Part shown: positions 23,365 to 36,230 of the stretch, piece by piece
How the letters are laid out: every line of letters starts with the position of its first letter
Numbering within the stretch: the first letter of the stretch is position 1
NCBI GenBank assembly: GCA_964276515.1
Contig: OZ193909.1
Span: 15,748,001-15,812,000 of the forward strand
Source: Gordius albopunctatus
Taxonomy: Eukaryota
Reading direction: 5' to 3'
DNA: 64,000 nt
Notes under the pieces: generated by a model
Database searches by the model: none
Told to the model about the DNA's origin: nothing
What the model saw: only the letters and a program-made list of their open reading frames with translations
Made by a program: the position numbers and the translations under genes

Positions 23365-26300
23365 ATGAATTGTATAAATAATTTGAATTTCCAAAATCAA
23401 TCCATGAAGCAAGCATCATATATGGATATTGATAAAGGTCTTCCTATGCAAATTAGCAAAGAGCAAACCTTACAATGGCACCAAAGTCATTATCATGGAG
23501 ATTCTGGAATTCAGTCTGAAATGAATACAAGGGTATATATTTTCAAGTTTTTTGCTCCATGTTCTAAGTTTATTTTATTTATGTTCCTTAACTTTTAATG
23601 TATCTTTATTTTTTTATTAGGCCCCTTCTATTTCTGGCCACACTCAAATGGATGATGGCATACAACATGGTCATGTTCAACAACCCAATAATAATTATGG
23701 AATGAATATGGGTGGGAATATTGAGCAAAATTTTGATTGGGGACCAGGTACATTTTTCTAAGCTTTATTTATAGAAAAAAATTTATATTTGTAGGACATT
23801 TTTAAGTTAATTATTTTATAAAAATTGACTTGCTTTAAAATCTATATTGAGCCAATCAAAATAAAATAATGATTAAACTTCAACAGAGATTAAGACTTTA
23901 TAATTTGAGACATCTGATTTAAAATAGGACTATGGTTGGTGTGTTAATTTTTTACATCCTAACAGTGTTTTAAAATTACAAATTGGATTCATTTTTAAAT
24001 TTATTGTTTATCACATAAATATATGATATTTTAGATATAAATCATGTTTTAAATCAAAATTGTTGTCAAGGCATAAGAGCAGCCATGTTTCCAGAAACTA
24101 TGGATGAAGGGGTTGAAATAACGTCAACACAATTTGATATGGAAGAACCTATGGCTGTTAAAAGACTTTCTGAGCCTAGCCAGATATTGAAACACGGAGT
24201 GGGCAATTTGATAAATTATCAAGTAAATAAACTTCACTCTTTTAAAATTTTAATTTTGTCACTGAAAATTATAATTATTTTAAAGTAATACTAAAAACCA
24301 TTTTTAGTATCTTTTATAGAATCAAGTTAAAGTTTTCATATAATGCTTAATTTGCAATATTAATTTACTCTCCTACAATCAGGGGTTTGAACCAGGGGTT
24401 TATTCCGAAAGGTTTTCAGGTGGTGAGGGTAGAGGCTAAAACCAAAAAGAAAAAAATTTAATACTGACATAGATTAAAATTTGTATTGCCAAATTTTTCA
24501 CGGCAAATTATGACTATAAAGCTATCCAAGACAATGGACTTTTGTCCAATGATGAGATGTGCATTCATTACATATTATATGTCCATTCATTTTAGATCTT
24601 AAAGGTATATAAGATTCTTTAGGACATAAAAAATATTGTAAAATTTGAAAAAAAAGTAGTAAATAATTCTGAAATTATTGTATTAAATTATAATGCTATA
24701 ACTTGGTGATTCTTACGAAGTTTAAATAATATTTTTACAATAACAAAAATTTAAAATAGCATGGCAAAAATTCTTAATACCAAAACTATTCTTACCAATG
24801 GCACTTTGTCTCCAATTTTCTTGAATCCAAGATGAGGAAATTAGAGAGCAAAATCAGAGTATTTACTCTCTAAAATGAGTTCACTTTACTCCAGATGCTT
24901 CATATCTAAGGTCACGTTTGTAAGTCCAGGGGATGTCAATTGAATTTTTGGAATACTAACCCTTAAAAGATTGGAATCACCATTAGGAATCTCTTTATCT
25001 GCTCAAGGATGAGTAGTATTGCTCTTGAGATTTTCAGCTAAATAAAGAAATTAAAAAGTTAAAAATTTTAATATAAATTTAATATGTACCTTTGAAGGTC
25101 AATTGCTTAGTTAGATTAAAACTTTTATAACTATGACCACACTTCTCCCAACTGGATAAGCAAGAAATACAAGTGCCCATTATTATAAATTTAATCACTG
25201 GTAAAAGTTTGGATATTACATATTTAACATTTGCAAAAATAAAAATAAATAGCAAACTGGCTTCGCGAACAATAAAAAGAAATACACTTAATTGACATAA
25301 CAAATTGAGATAATTTGCATACCCTGCCCTCACATGGATGGATTCTATTCAGCTGTTTTTAAAATTTAGGTCCCGCTGCTATTTAATCCAGTAAAGTATT
25401 TTGTAGCAATTCAGCAAAATCTAGCTTATTTTTAATTTTTTATAGTTTATTTTAAAAGAGTATTAATATTTACTATGTTAAAATGATATAATCACAAATA
25501 TCCATGTAAATTGGTAAAATATCTGGCAGTATCTAACTAATATTGCTATTAACTTAATACCAATAATGTATGCATAGATTTAAGAGCCTGTGCAAATAAT
25601 ATTAAACAATCAAAAATAAAGATGCTTAATCTCAGAGTATTCTTTATTAGTCTTAGTTAATCAAAGCAGCCTCTTTATGCTATATGCGTGTGGCTTACTT
25701 ACAGACTTAAAGTGTATAAAAACATTGAATGCATAAAAGCGTACAACAATTTATAATTAACAGCTTTCTACTAAGCTTACAATTTTTAAATCTTACATTT
25801 TCGGTTTACAAAAAAAGTGTTATTGTAGTTATGTATACGTATGCTCCCCAAAATGTGTGTAACGAATCAGAGAAAAACGTATTAATCCATTTGAAATAAA
25901 ATTACAAGGAATAGGACATAATTGAACTAGTTCATCACAAATATATTTAAAATAAATTTATAAGGCGAATTTATTGTTTGTATATGCATCAATAATTTGA
26001 CGTGCATTGTCTTCGCGGTGGTAATCATACAGGCATACAGTAACCGCGCATTTTTGATTTTAAAAACAAAAAAACTTGCTTGTTTTATTGTCAGCACTTA
26101 GTAAGATTTAGCTAATTAATGTAATTTATAAAAAATCTTATTTTATAATTTAATACAAGAAGACCTAGATTCTAATGATTTCAGAATTTTTTACTACCAT
26201 CGTTTTCAATTGCGGGGGCGTGCAGGCCTTGCTACAAAAGGTCCACACTTTCCCCGATCGCGAAGAAATCACCGAAACTGCTGTAAATTGCATAATAGCC

Positions 26301-29300
26301 CCTTTATCGTTTTATATTGACCCCGTCCCCTTACTTGCAAATGCCTATCACATCCACCAAAAATATTGTAGCGTGATAACATGTAATAAAATGCCACTCT
26401 TTTCATGTTTTTTCCCCAAAAACTCAAGCGCATAAAATACAGGCCTTGGCTTTATTCATAGAAATAGGCGAGCGATCCCCTCCCTTTAAATATTCCTCCG
26501 CATTTTTACTGAAACAATCGGTAGGAATTTTAATCGCAAAATTTAATTTCAAATCTTTTTTGGATTCCTGGCCTCTTCTAAAAGACCAAGATGAAGACAT
26601 ATCAGATATCACTTATATATTGTTTTTATATACAAAGCGATCAGTAATTTATTAAGGTATTTTTATGAAATACATTACTCTAGGTGTGTGCCCTGGGACA
26701 CTTAACTAGCCGACACCCGGAATCTGAGAACGCGCAAAATGCTGTTAGAATCCATAATGGGATCCCGATTTTGGTGAAACCTTTGAACCCGCCCAGCTCT
26801 TGGCCATTCATAAAAGTAACATTTTAGGAAATATCACTACTACTCATCGTTTCCAAATTGCATCCGGGTTTTTTACAAGTTTGCTACACTTTCATGAACT
26901 AAATTACACATTTTTTAGTAATCGCAAAGTTATTATAATCAACCTTGTATCATTTGAGATAGTTTGTCTGAGTAGAAAATACTTGTTTTCTTAATGATTA
27001 TCAATGTCAATGTTATAAAAGTGTTGAGAAAACCATTTTCTTTAGCCCCGCGCTTGCTGTGTACATATGTTATTTCAAAAATTATTGATGTCGATATAAA
27101 AACCCCGGGATGTATATCCTTAATTTTATGTGCTGTGCCTCGTGACTGTGTTTAGGCTGTTATCAGAGTTATCAGAAATTTGGCTTGCTGCCCCTCGAAT
27201 CACCCAACCCTGCGAGAACGAGGGACTCTGCCCAAGTTGGCTCAGATTTGTATGCAGGCCAAGCAAAATTCTTCCAAGGTAAACTCCCTAAATTACTTGA
27301 AATGGCTTAACTTAAAATATTAAGTAAGGGTGGACGACGCCATCTTTGATGTCTTTCCTACATTACCCAATCGTGACGTCTATATTTTGAATAGACACGT
27401 ATTAGACGTTTTTGAATAGGAAATTCGAGAATTATCCAAACATATTTGATATATTTACACTTTTTGAAAAGCGCATAAAGTTCTGTCAAGCGATTTGTCG
27501 CGGCTTTAGGTTGTTAGTTATTCGTGCGAAGTTAATTTAAATGCCAGATTTTTCGCCATGTTCGTTAAAATAGCCAAAATTGTTGAAATCCTTTATAAAC
27601 CTCACTTTGGGCGATTAAAATTTTTGCTAACTCTTCAATTTTTTTGGAAAATTCCAAATTGTCAATAAGACAAACATTATACGGATCCAAACGTAACCTT
27701 ACTTTAGCAATGACCTCGCGTGTAGTATGTTGAATTTACATCTTTCATACTCTCGATAAAATATACACATATTGAAAGTTGTGTTGTAAACTAAGGCGGA
27801 CAAGACAAACAGGATAGGACTGGTAATTAAAATTATGTTTTTTGAAAATAAATATGTATGCAGAAATCTTTGCCCAACCAAGCAGGGCAACAGCAGTGTA
27901 AGCAACCGGGCAAAGAAGAGCAAAATTCCCCGCTCATCATGGATGAGATTATGGAGGCTTCCGTGAATGCGATGGACGTATTGACTTTAATACGAGAACT
28001 CAAAATCATACCCATCTCCGTGAAGGTACGGTATACTCACTTTCGCACGCCCCCCCCCCACCCCATTTGAAAGTGTCGATATTTAGGAAATTGCATCTAT
28101 CGCTAGCCTGCATGTTAGAGTTTCAGTGGCTATATTTTTGACGTTTTTTTTAAACATTTTGGTTGTTGTAAAAACGGTTTTGAAACGCATCATGGTTCAT
28201 AGATGAGATTTGAAGTTTTGGGGGCCTTCATTTGCGATAAGTAAATATCAACATGGAGGAGGAATCGATATTTATTGATTTTGCACCTAAATTATCCAGT
28301 ATAAACTCGTGTTCTTCAGCTTGACGAATTATTAAATATAATTGTCGAGTTACTTTTGGCATAAATTAAACTGGAGCGGGCCGCGCTGCTTGATTTGGAC
28401 TTATAATTTTGTTTGGTTTTTGCCTACCCCATACCTGTTTATAGACGATTGGTCGTTAAAATGTATAGTCTTTTTCAAATAAATGTGTTATGTTGATAGT
28501 TTTGGATTCAATAACTTTCAAATTAATCGGTAAAAATTTTATTTAATGGATTTAATTCGTAGATAAAATTGTTAAAAATGTATTCACAAGTTTTTTTAAT
28601 CGTAACACATTAACTTTTTAAATTATAGACAAAATTAACTTATCCCTATCTATTTACATTGAAAATCTTACCCCAAACTTGAGGTCTCCCTCCCTTATCT
28701 TTAACACTAGGAATTAAGACTCTACTACTACCACTGCTGTCAAGTATCAATCTATCTTATTCACCCCTTCGCATATTCGCTTATGCAGAATATTTCATAA
28801 ACCATTTTTTGCGGTATTTATTTTTTTGTCGCGCGGCAATAAAGTTATACATTTCGGTGAAATGTAAAAGTATTGTTGCTTTATCGATCGATCGATTTTG
28901 TTTTGCCTAGCTCTTGTATTCGGACATCGAGGACTTACAAAGAGTGGCGGCAGGTGTGCTTTGTGAATTGGCCGCTCAAAAGGAGTTTGTCGAACTTATT
29001 AAACAAGAAGGGGCCACCACACCCCTAACCGATCTTTTGCATTCTCCCAACGAAGATGTTGGTAAGTTTAATGCTCAATAATTTTTATTCAAATGCTCAG
29101 TAATTTAAAGGGATTGACGCTGACGTAAGAGTTGACACGTATAAAGTGAGCGTTCGAAAACTTAGAAAATCTTTTAGGTTGGAAAATGTATTTTGCAGGC
29201 AGAATGTCTATTGCTGGCGAAGGGAAAGGCTTGGCGTATAATTATACGGAGGGGTCGCATGTTTATCGGTTTTGGCAGCGCGCCCAGTAGCTCTCTAAGT

Positions 29301-30380
29301 TGTCCAAAATTTAATGAGACAAGAGGTGGCAGGAGAAATTATGTATGTAGTTGTTCTCTTAATGACGTATTTTTGTCGTTGTCAGCAGAATCCATCATAG
29401 GCCCAAAATTGTTAGGGAATCGTAAAAATCATAGCGATACTGAGAGATAACTTATTAAAGAAGACGTGTGTTATAGTTTATTTAAACTCGACCTCACCGG
29501 CGTCGTTAATTATGGTCCAGCCTTAGTTTTTGCTGATTTTTGTATATGTCACCACAAAATATGTATTTATATAATTATGTGAAAATTGTACTGTTATAAA
29601 TCGACTTTTGGTTTTAGTCAACATAAGCATACCAAAATCTACCGTTGGTCTTAGTTGAACCTAGGGTTGACCAAACAAAGCCCCCATCCATTTTTACAAA
29701 ATTTATTTCATTAAATTTCAATGTTTTCCTTGTAAACGCAAACAATTGTAGCCACGTACGCGGCAGCCTTGCTATTTAGGATGTCCGAGCATAAACCTCA
29801 AAGGACCGCCCGGCCACGCCCCTATGCCGCCCTCATTGGTGCACTTCGGCAATCAACAACATGCTGGAGGTAATTTAGCCAAAAAAACCATTTTGATTGC
29901 TATGGACATTTTGGGAAAATTACAAATAAGGTGTCTGAATATTTAAATAAGCTTTCATAAGTTGGAAAGCTTCGTTGTTAGCGAGGAATATTTTAGCGGT
30001 GGGTGAGTGGTAATAATAAAAAGAATACGATGCGAATATGTTTAGAGCCTTTACTTTTTTACGAAATGCCTCCCCCTATAAACTTTTTTATTGTTTTGGA
30101 GCCCTTTATAATCTGTAGAGCTTTACATGGGCGTAGCCAGGGGGGACGTCCCCCTTCCTCCCCTAAATGACGAAAAAAGTTTAATATTATTAGATTACTA
30201 ATATATCATTTTAAAGTACTGTTTGCCCTACCTCCATACAGGTCAAGCCATGATCATGCCCATGTCTTACGAACAACAAGCTCAACACCAGGGCGGGCAA
30301 CATCACCCAGGCATGCAGGTCATGAATAATATTCACAACGGAGACTCTTAACTGGCAATTGGTTCGATACCGGCCTTTGA
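23365..30380 (+). CDS. CTNNB1: internally deleted beta-catenin paralogue, functional status unknown. Exons: 23365-23532, 23621-23747, 24035-24222, [orphan 26196-26282], 26684-26815, 27156-27278, 27864-28025, 28911-29061, 29752-29869, 30242-30329/30380
   Basis: Degron [16 protein letters not shown]. Further matches: [12 protein letters not shown]...[65 protein letters not shown] and NWFDTGL*. GT-AG sites are phase-compatible. ARM1-7 and the start of ARM8 are absent. Confidence 0.88.
24796..25180 (-). pseudogene. two-exon fragment of an unidentified gene with an MGxCxS N-terminus, inside the beta-catenin intron
   Basis: Exon 25180-25090 ([15 protein letters not shown]...), a 52-nt GT-AG intron, then exon 25037-24796 ending at a GTAAG donor. 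Phases are compatible; there are 3 in-frame stops. Confidence 0.42.
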
Positions 30381-33300
30381 AAATGTCTTTAGCACATTTT
30401 TTCATAATTATCAATTTATTTTCATTTCTATCATACAATGTAATCTTTTCAATTTTTTACATACTTTTAAACTGAGAAATTGTCTGAAATGACCTAAAGT
30501 AGGGGAAGATGGAGAAAAGATCGGGTTTTAATTTGTGATAAATACCATTTAAAAGTTTCCAGTATTTTAATCATTGTTTTCTCAAGCATTTCTACCCAAG
30601 CACTCTTTCGTTGTGATTACTTACACCTTACTTTTTGACAATTTTTTAAATAATTTTGCAGCTATTTACCATCATTTTTACATCATATAGTAGCACCTAC
30701 CGCTTTTTTACCCTTTAAACCATTTGTAGTTTTTACCCTAGAGCATAAATATATTTATATTTTACTGCTTACTCAATTATACTATATGCAACCACTTGCA
30801 TCTATATGATTTCAGTAATTTATAGTTTTAAACTATTTTAACTTATAATTGACGATAAATGTTTATTGAAAATAAATGGCTAGCATTAATAAACTTTATG
30901 ATTAAAAATTTTTTTGAGTATTATGTGTTAAAATAGATTTGATTCCACTTTTAAATTACAAGATGCAAATATGATAGACCTTTAGAAGGTCAAGTAGTCT
31001 TCTGTGTTTTGTATAATTGGAAAATAGCTTGTGCCTTTTAACTTTTTGCCCAATTCATATGTCAAAAAATTTATTTATATTCGATTTTATTATACATAGA
31101 CTCTATACATTGATATAGGTTAAGCTATTTTATATCAAAATTTCATTTTTAATTATGTATTTTTATGATTAAATAAACTATTTAATTTAAAAAAATAACA
31201 TATAGCTCTTCCTCGAGTTATTAAGGTCGCCCCCATTTTATTTTAAAATTTATATGAAAAGTAATTTTGGCATTTAAATTTTGCACAACGAGGTATTAAG
31301 GGCTAAATGAAATTTTAAATCAACATCGTATATGGTCACCTACTGGCCCCTTTGCCCCCCAAGCAATTATATAATATATCTTGACTTAGTAAATAATTCT
31401 TTTATTTATTAGTTTTAAAAAAAGTAAATCGTTTAATTGAGCTAAGCGACCATTTATATTAAATTTCCGCTTTGTTATTTATTAATACACAATGAATGAA
31501 ATGCAAGCAATTTAAACATACCGTATATTTAAAACCTTTCCAACGACAGCTTTAATCAAATATGTATGGTATTATTTGGGATCGGGGCAATTCCGTTTTT
31601 GTAAAAATTAAAAATTTTCTTGTCAATCTACCGGATCCATTTTGAGCTTTAATTTATTTGTATAAACTCACTTTGTGCCTAATAACACTAGTCTACAAAT
31701 TTTGACTTTGTGATTCCATCCTGCAATTGGACCAATAATCCTGATAGAGAATTTTGCGCTGATCACAAATATGTTTTTAGTTTTTTCCCAAAACCTCCAG
31801 TTTTTTAGATAAATGATTTTTTGGGGGTATTTTGAAGTTGAATACCAACGCCATTTTAAATTTTTATTGGAAAAAAATTAGTGTTTTTGTGTATATTTAA
31901 GTCTCATCTCCCCTTGTATTAATTGCTATGCAATTTATGGGCTCGCTTTTTGGTGTCCGTCCGTCCGTTGTCCGTTACCCTCCAATTTATTTACACCAGC
32001 TTCCCCACCTGAAGGTTACGAGTTCAATCCCGGGAGAGGACGAATTTTTTTTTTAAATTAAATTAATATTTTGTTCTTGTTAATATCATTGATAATATGA
32101 CTTTTTGACCTTCCGCTGGCTACTGACCAATGAAAAAATGACCATTGGCCAAATAAATCGAACTTTTTTGAATTGGTTAACATCGATAATTACCCTATGC
32201 CCTCCCCTACAAGGGCCTATGCCTCTACTGCTATGGGTCCCTGTGCCCCTACAAAAGCATATGCCTCTAATGATGTGGGTTGGAATCCCGGTGAACGTTT
32301 TGAATTTCTGGTTCGATACCCGGAGAGGACAAAAAATTTTTTTTTTTAAATTAAATTAATATTTTGTTCTTGTTAATAATACCATTGATAATATGACATT
32401 TTGATCGTGTTCTGTGTACTGACTATTGGCGAAATTGTGATTCGAAATTTTTTTTAGTTTTTTTATTGGTTAACATTGATAATTACCCTATGCTCTCCCC
32501 TACAAGGGCCTATGCCTGTACTGATATGGGTCCCTGTGCCCCTAAAATGCCTATGCCTCTACTAATGTGGGTTCGAATCCCGGAGAGGGCAAAATTTTTA
32601 GATTTTTTTAATCGATTAATTGCTATGCACTTTATGTATTTTGTTCTTGTTAATACCATGGATAATATGACTTTTTGACCGTCCGCTGGCTACTGACCAA
32701 TGATAAAAATGACCTCTTAATATTATTGTTCAAATATTTTTCCCGGATGAAACGGATATGGCTTTTAGCCACGAAGATATCCGGTTTCTGAAAGACGCTG
32801 AACTTTTCTTCCTACCCTTCTATAAGGTATTTAAATATTTTCAAATATTTTGACCTAAGGTCTTTGTAAAGAATCAGTTCCTACAATGGGAATTGTGTTA
32901 AACTTTTTTGAGGAAATTATAGATGGTCTCGAAACGGCAACCACGACTCATGGTCCTTTAAAAGATGCTGGCTATAAGATGATAATTAAAGCAAAACATT
33001 ATTTTAATATCATGTGCACACAGGAAGTCTTTAATTGCTCTATGTTAGATCCGAGGGTCAAAAGAAAAGCAATGCCTTATTGCTTAAACACCCAAGTCAA
33101 ATTTGATAATTTTTGTAGAGAATTTTTAGAAAGTTATAGCGGGAGATTTTTAGTTGACAGCTCTACGACAAGTGGATCTTTTACCGAATTAATATTACAG
33201 AAGAAACGAAGGTGAAAAAATTATTTTAAATTATTATAATTGAAGAATTGGAAAATTATATTATTGAAATGGAATTTCATAGAGATGTAAATTATTTACA

Positions 33301-33550
33301 ATGGTGGAAATCATCTTCATTGAGATTTCCTAATTTAGCTGCTATGGTTCAAGATTATTTATGCCACCAAAGCACATCAGTCCCCAGTGAACACCTTTTC
33401 TCTAAGGCAGGTAACATAATTACCAAGAAAAGGTCACGCTTATCTCCAACTACATTAAACCAAATGCTATGCATTTTAATTGTTATGCAATTTATGGGCT
33501 CACTTTCCATATGTTTATGTCACGCTGTTCGTGTCACGCACCGAATGTCA
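28650..33550 (+). repeat. segmental duplication, copy 2
   Basis: Co-linear with 971-5900. Includes the HINE-like repeat (31919-32716) and the hAT fragment. Confidence 0.95.
32717..33470 (+). pseudogene. hAT transposase C-terminal fragment (duplicate of 5063-5815)
   Basis: ORF translations over the hAT part are identical to 5232/5594. Confidence 0.9.
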
Positions 33551-34202
33551 CGTTGTTTATTTTTTGTTCGTTTTAATTTAACAATCCCGGAGATGCCAAT
33601 TTTTTTTATTTTTTTTTAAATTAATATATTGTTCTTGTTACTACCATTGATAATATGACTTTTTGGCCGTCCGCTGACTGCTAAGCAATGGAATTTTTTT
33701 TCGTTTTTTTTTGACTCTTATGTATTAATAGACTACATTGAAAAAATGACCATTGTTTTAACTAGTTTTTGGGTTCGAATCCAGGGTTTTTTTGACTCTT
33801 ATGATTTTTCTTGTTACTACCATTGATAATAAGACTTTTTGGCCGTCCGTTGGATGCTGATCGATAAAAAAATGACCATTGGCAAAAATGTGAATCCATG
33901 TTTTTTTAGTTTTTTTGAGTATTATGATTGTTCCTGTTACTACCTTTGCTATTATGACTTTTTAGCCGTCCGCTGGCTGCTGACCGATGGAAAAAATGAC
34001 CATTGGCCAAAATGTGAATCGAAATTATTTTTTTCGTTTTTGAATTGGGTAATAACATTGATAATTACCCTATGCCCTCCACTACAAGGGCTTGTAGCGG
34101 CACTAGCCCCTGTAAATAAAAACAAAATTATGAAAGTGTAAGATTGATACACTAATTACTAAATAGGGGTAAAAACAAGGGTAAAATATAAGGCCAACCA
34201 AC

Positions 34203-36204
34203 GCCAATACCGGAGAAGATCTCAGCCATCAAGAATTTCGCCACCCCGACCACTATGACACAACTACGTCGTTTCGTGGGAATGGTAAATTTTTACCGAC
34301 GTTTTATACCTAGCTGCGCACTCCTGATACAGCCATTAACTGATCTGCTCAATGACTCAAAAGGACCCCTTGTTTTAACACAAGACGCACAGGATGCATT
34401 CGACAAGACTAAGGAAGCGCTGGATGAGATCACGACCCTGAATCACCTTGTAGAGAGCGCCACTCTCTCATTAACAACCGATGCGTCAAACACCGCCATC
34501 GGCGCCGTCCTGCACCAAACATTAAATGGAGAGAGTAGCCCCTTGTCATTTTTTTCGCTTAAATTAAATACGACTCAGACGCGCTACAGCACATTTGGTA
34601 GAGAATTACTTGCTATTTACCTCTCTATAAAACATTATCGACATGTTTTAGAAGCCCGAGACTTCACGGTTTACACAGACCACAAGCCTCTGACCTACGC
34701 TTTAATTAGTAAGTCTGACAAATACTCACCACGGGAAATACGACAGCTAGATTACATATCACAATTTACATCCGACATCCAATTCATCAATGGAAAGACA
34801 AATATCGTGGCGGACGCTTTTTCGCGAACAGAGATAGATGCCATACAACTTACAAATACCACAATAACAGAAAGGATAGCTATGTCACAACAACGGGAAC
34901 AATACTCAACCGAAGAGCTGGGATCCCTTAAACTGGAACAATGTTCAATTCCAGGTACGAGTTTAACCCTTACCTGCGATACATCCACCACAATTCCACG
35001 ACCCTTAGTACCCAAGAGCCTACGACGCGAAGTTTTTGAGCACCTACATGGCCTGTCACATCCAGCCTCCCGGCCAACATTAAAACTGATTTCCAAACGT
35101 TTTGTCTGGCCTGGAATGAATAAAGCGGTGCGAGATTGGACGAAACAGTGCGTTTCATGCCAAAAATGCAAGGTTAATAGACACACCATCACAGTCCCAG
35201 CCACTTTCGCGGAGCCTGACGCAAGATTCAGTCATGTTCACGTGGACCTCGTGGGCCCATTGCCACCGTCTAATGGACACAGCTACATTTTCACCGCAGT
35301 CGATCGTTTTACCCGGTGGCCCGTGGCAATACCAATCAACGACGCATCAGCTGAAACTGTAGCCCGAACATTTTTTACGCATTGGATAGCTAACTACGGA
35401 GTACCCACTACATTAACCACAGACCGAGGCCCCCAGTTCCAATCCGCCCTGTTTAAACACTTATCTAGTTTATTAGGTTACCATCATATAACCACTACAG
35501 CTTACCATCCACAAGCCAATGGTATGGTAGAGCGATTTCATCGACAACTAAAAAGTTCGATTATGGCAAAAGGAGACACTACCAATTGGTCTGATCGAAT
35601 TCCCCTTGTACTCCTGGGTATCCGAAGCACCGTCAAGGAAGACTTGTCCTGTTCGAGCGCTGAACTGGTATACGGCACCTCTTTGAGACTACCAGGAGAT
35701 TTTTTGCAACCTTCAAATTGGGACATAAATGCCGCTGATTACATCCAACGACTTCGGGAGCAGTTTGATACCGTTCGTTTTACACCCACCAGACCATCAA
35801 ATATCAAACAACAGATTACCAACGATTTGGTTACAGCCACTCACGTATTTATAAGAATTGACCGGCTTCGGAAAGCTTTAGTCCCTCCGTACGAAGGTCC
35901 TTACAAGGTAATCGAAAGACATTCTAAATATTTCGTCATAGACCACAATGGAAAAAGAGACACCGTTTCAATCGATCGATTAAAGCCAGCTTTCCTCGAG
36001 CCTAAGGTTGATAACCCGAATTCAGCAGTTGACCCAAATGCACCCAAACCAAACAATCACTCAACGACCCAAAATTCAAACCAATCTACCATTGTTTCTT
36101 CTACAAAATCTTCCACAAAACCTAGCGCACCACTTCCCAAAACAATCATTACCAAGGCTGGCCGACAAGTTCATTGGCCAAAAAAATTTTTTAATTTTAT
36201 ATGA
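34203..36204 (+). mobile_element. Ty3/gypsy pol, 5'-truncated (RT thumb, RNase H, integrase), uninterrupted ORF
   Basis: 649-aa ORF with TDAS, ELLA, TDH, VADAFSR, HHCC finger, DLVGP/TDRG/ERFH catalytic motifs and GPY. Confidence 0.95.
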
Positions 36205-36230
36205 ACTCCGTTTTTACCCAGAGGAATATT

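Noticed and set aside
26155..26195. MISEFFT as the start of the ARM1 exon (AIPELTK)
   Set aside because: There is an in-frame TAG at 26166 and no phase-compatible acceptor. The same sequence occurs inverted at ~24660 and in the 49-53 kb repeats without beta-catenin context.
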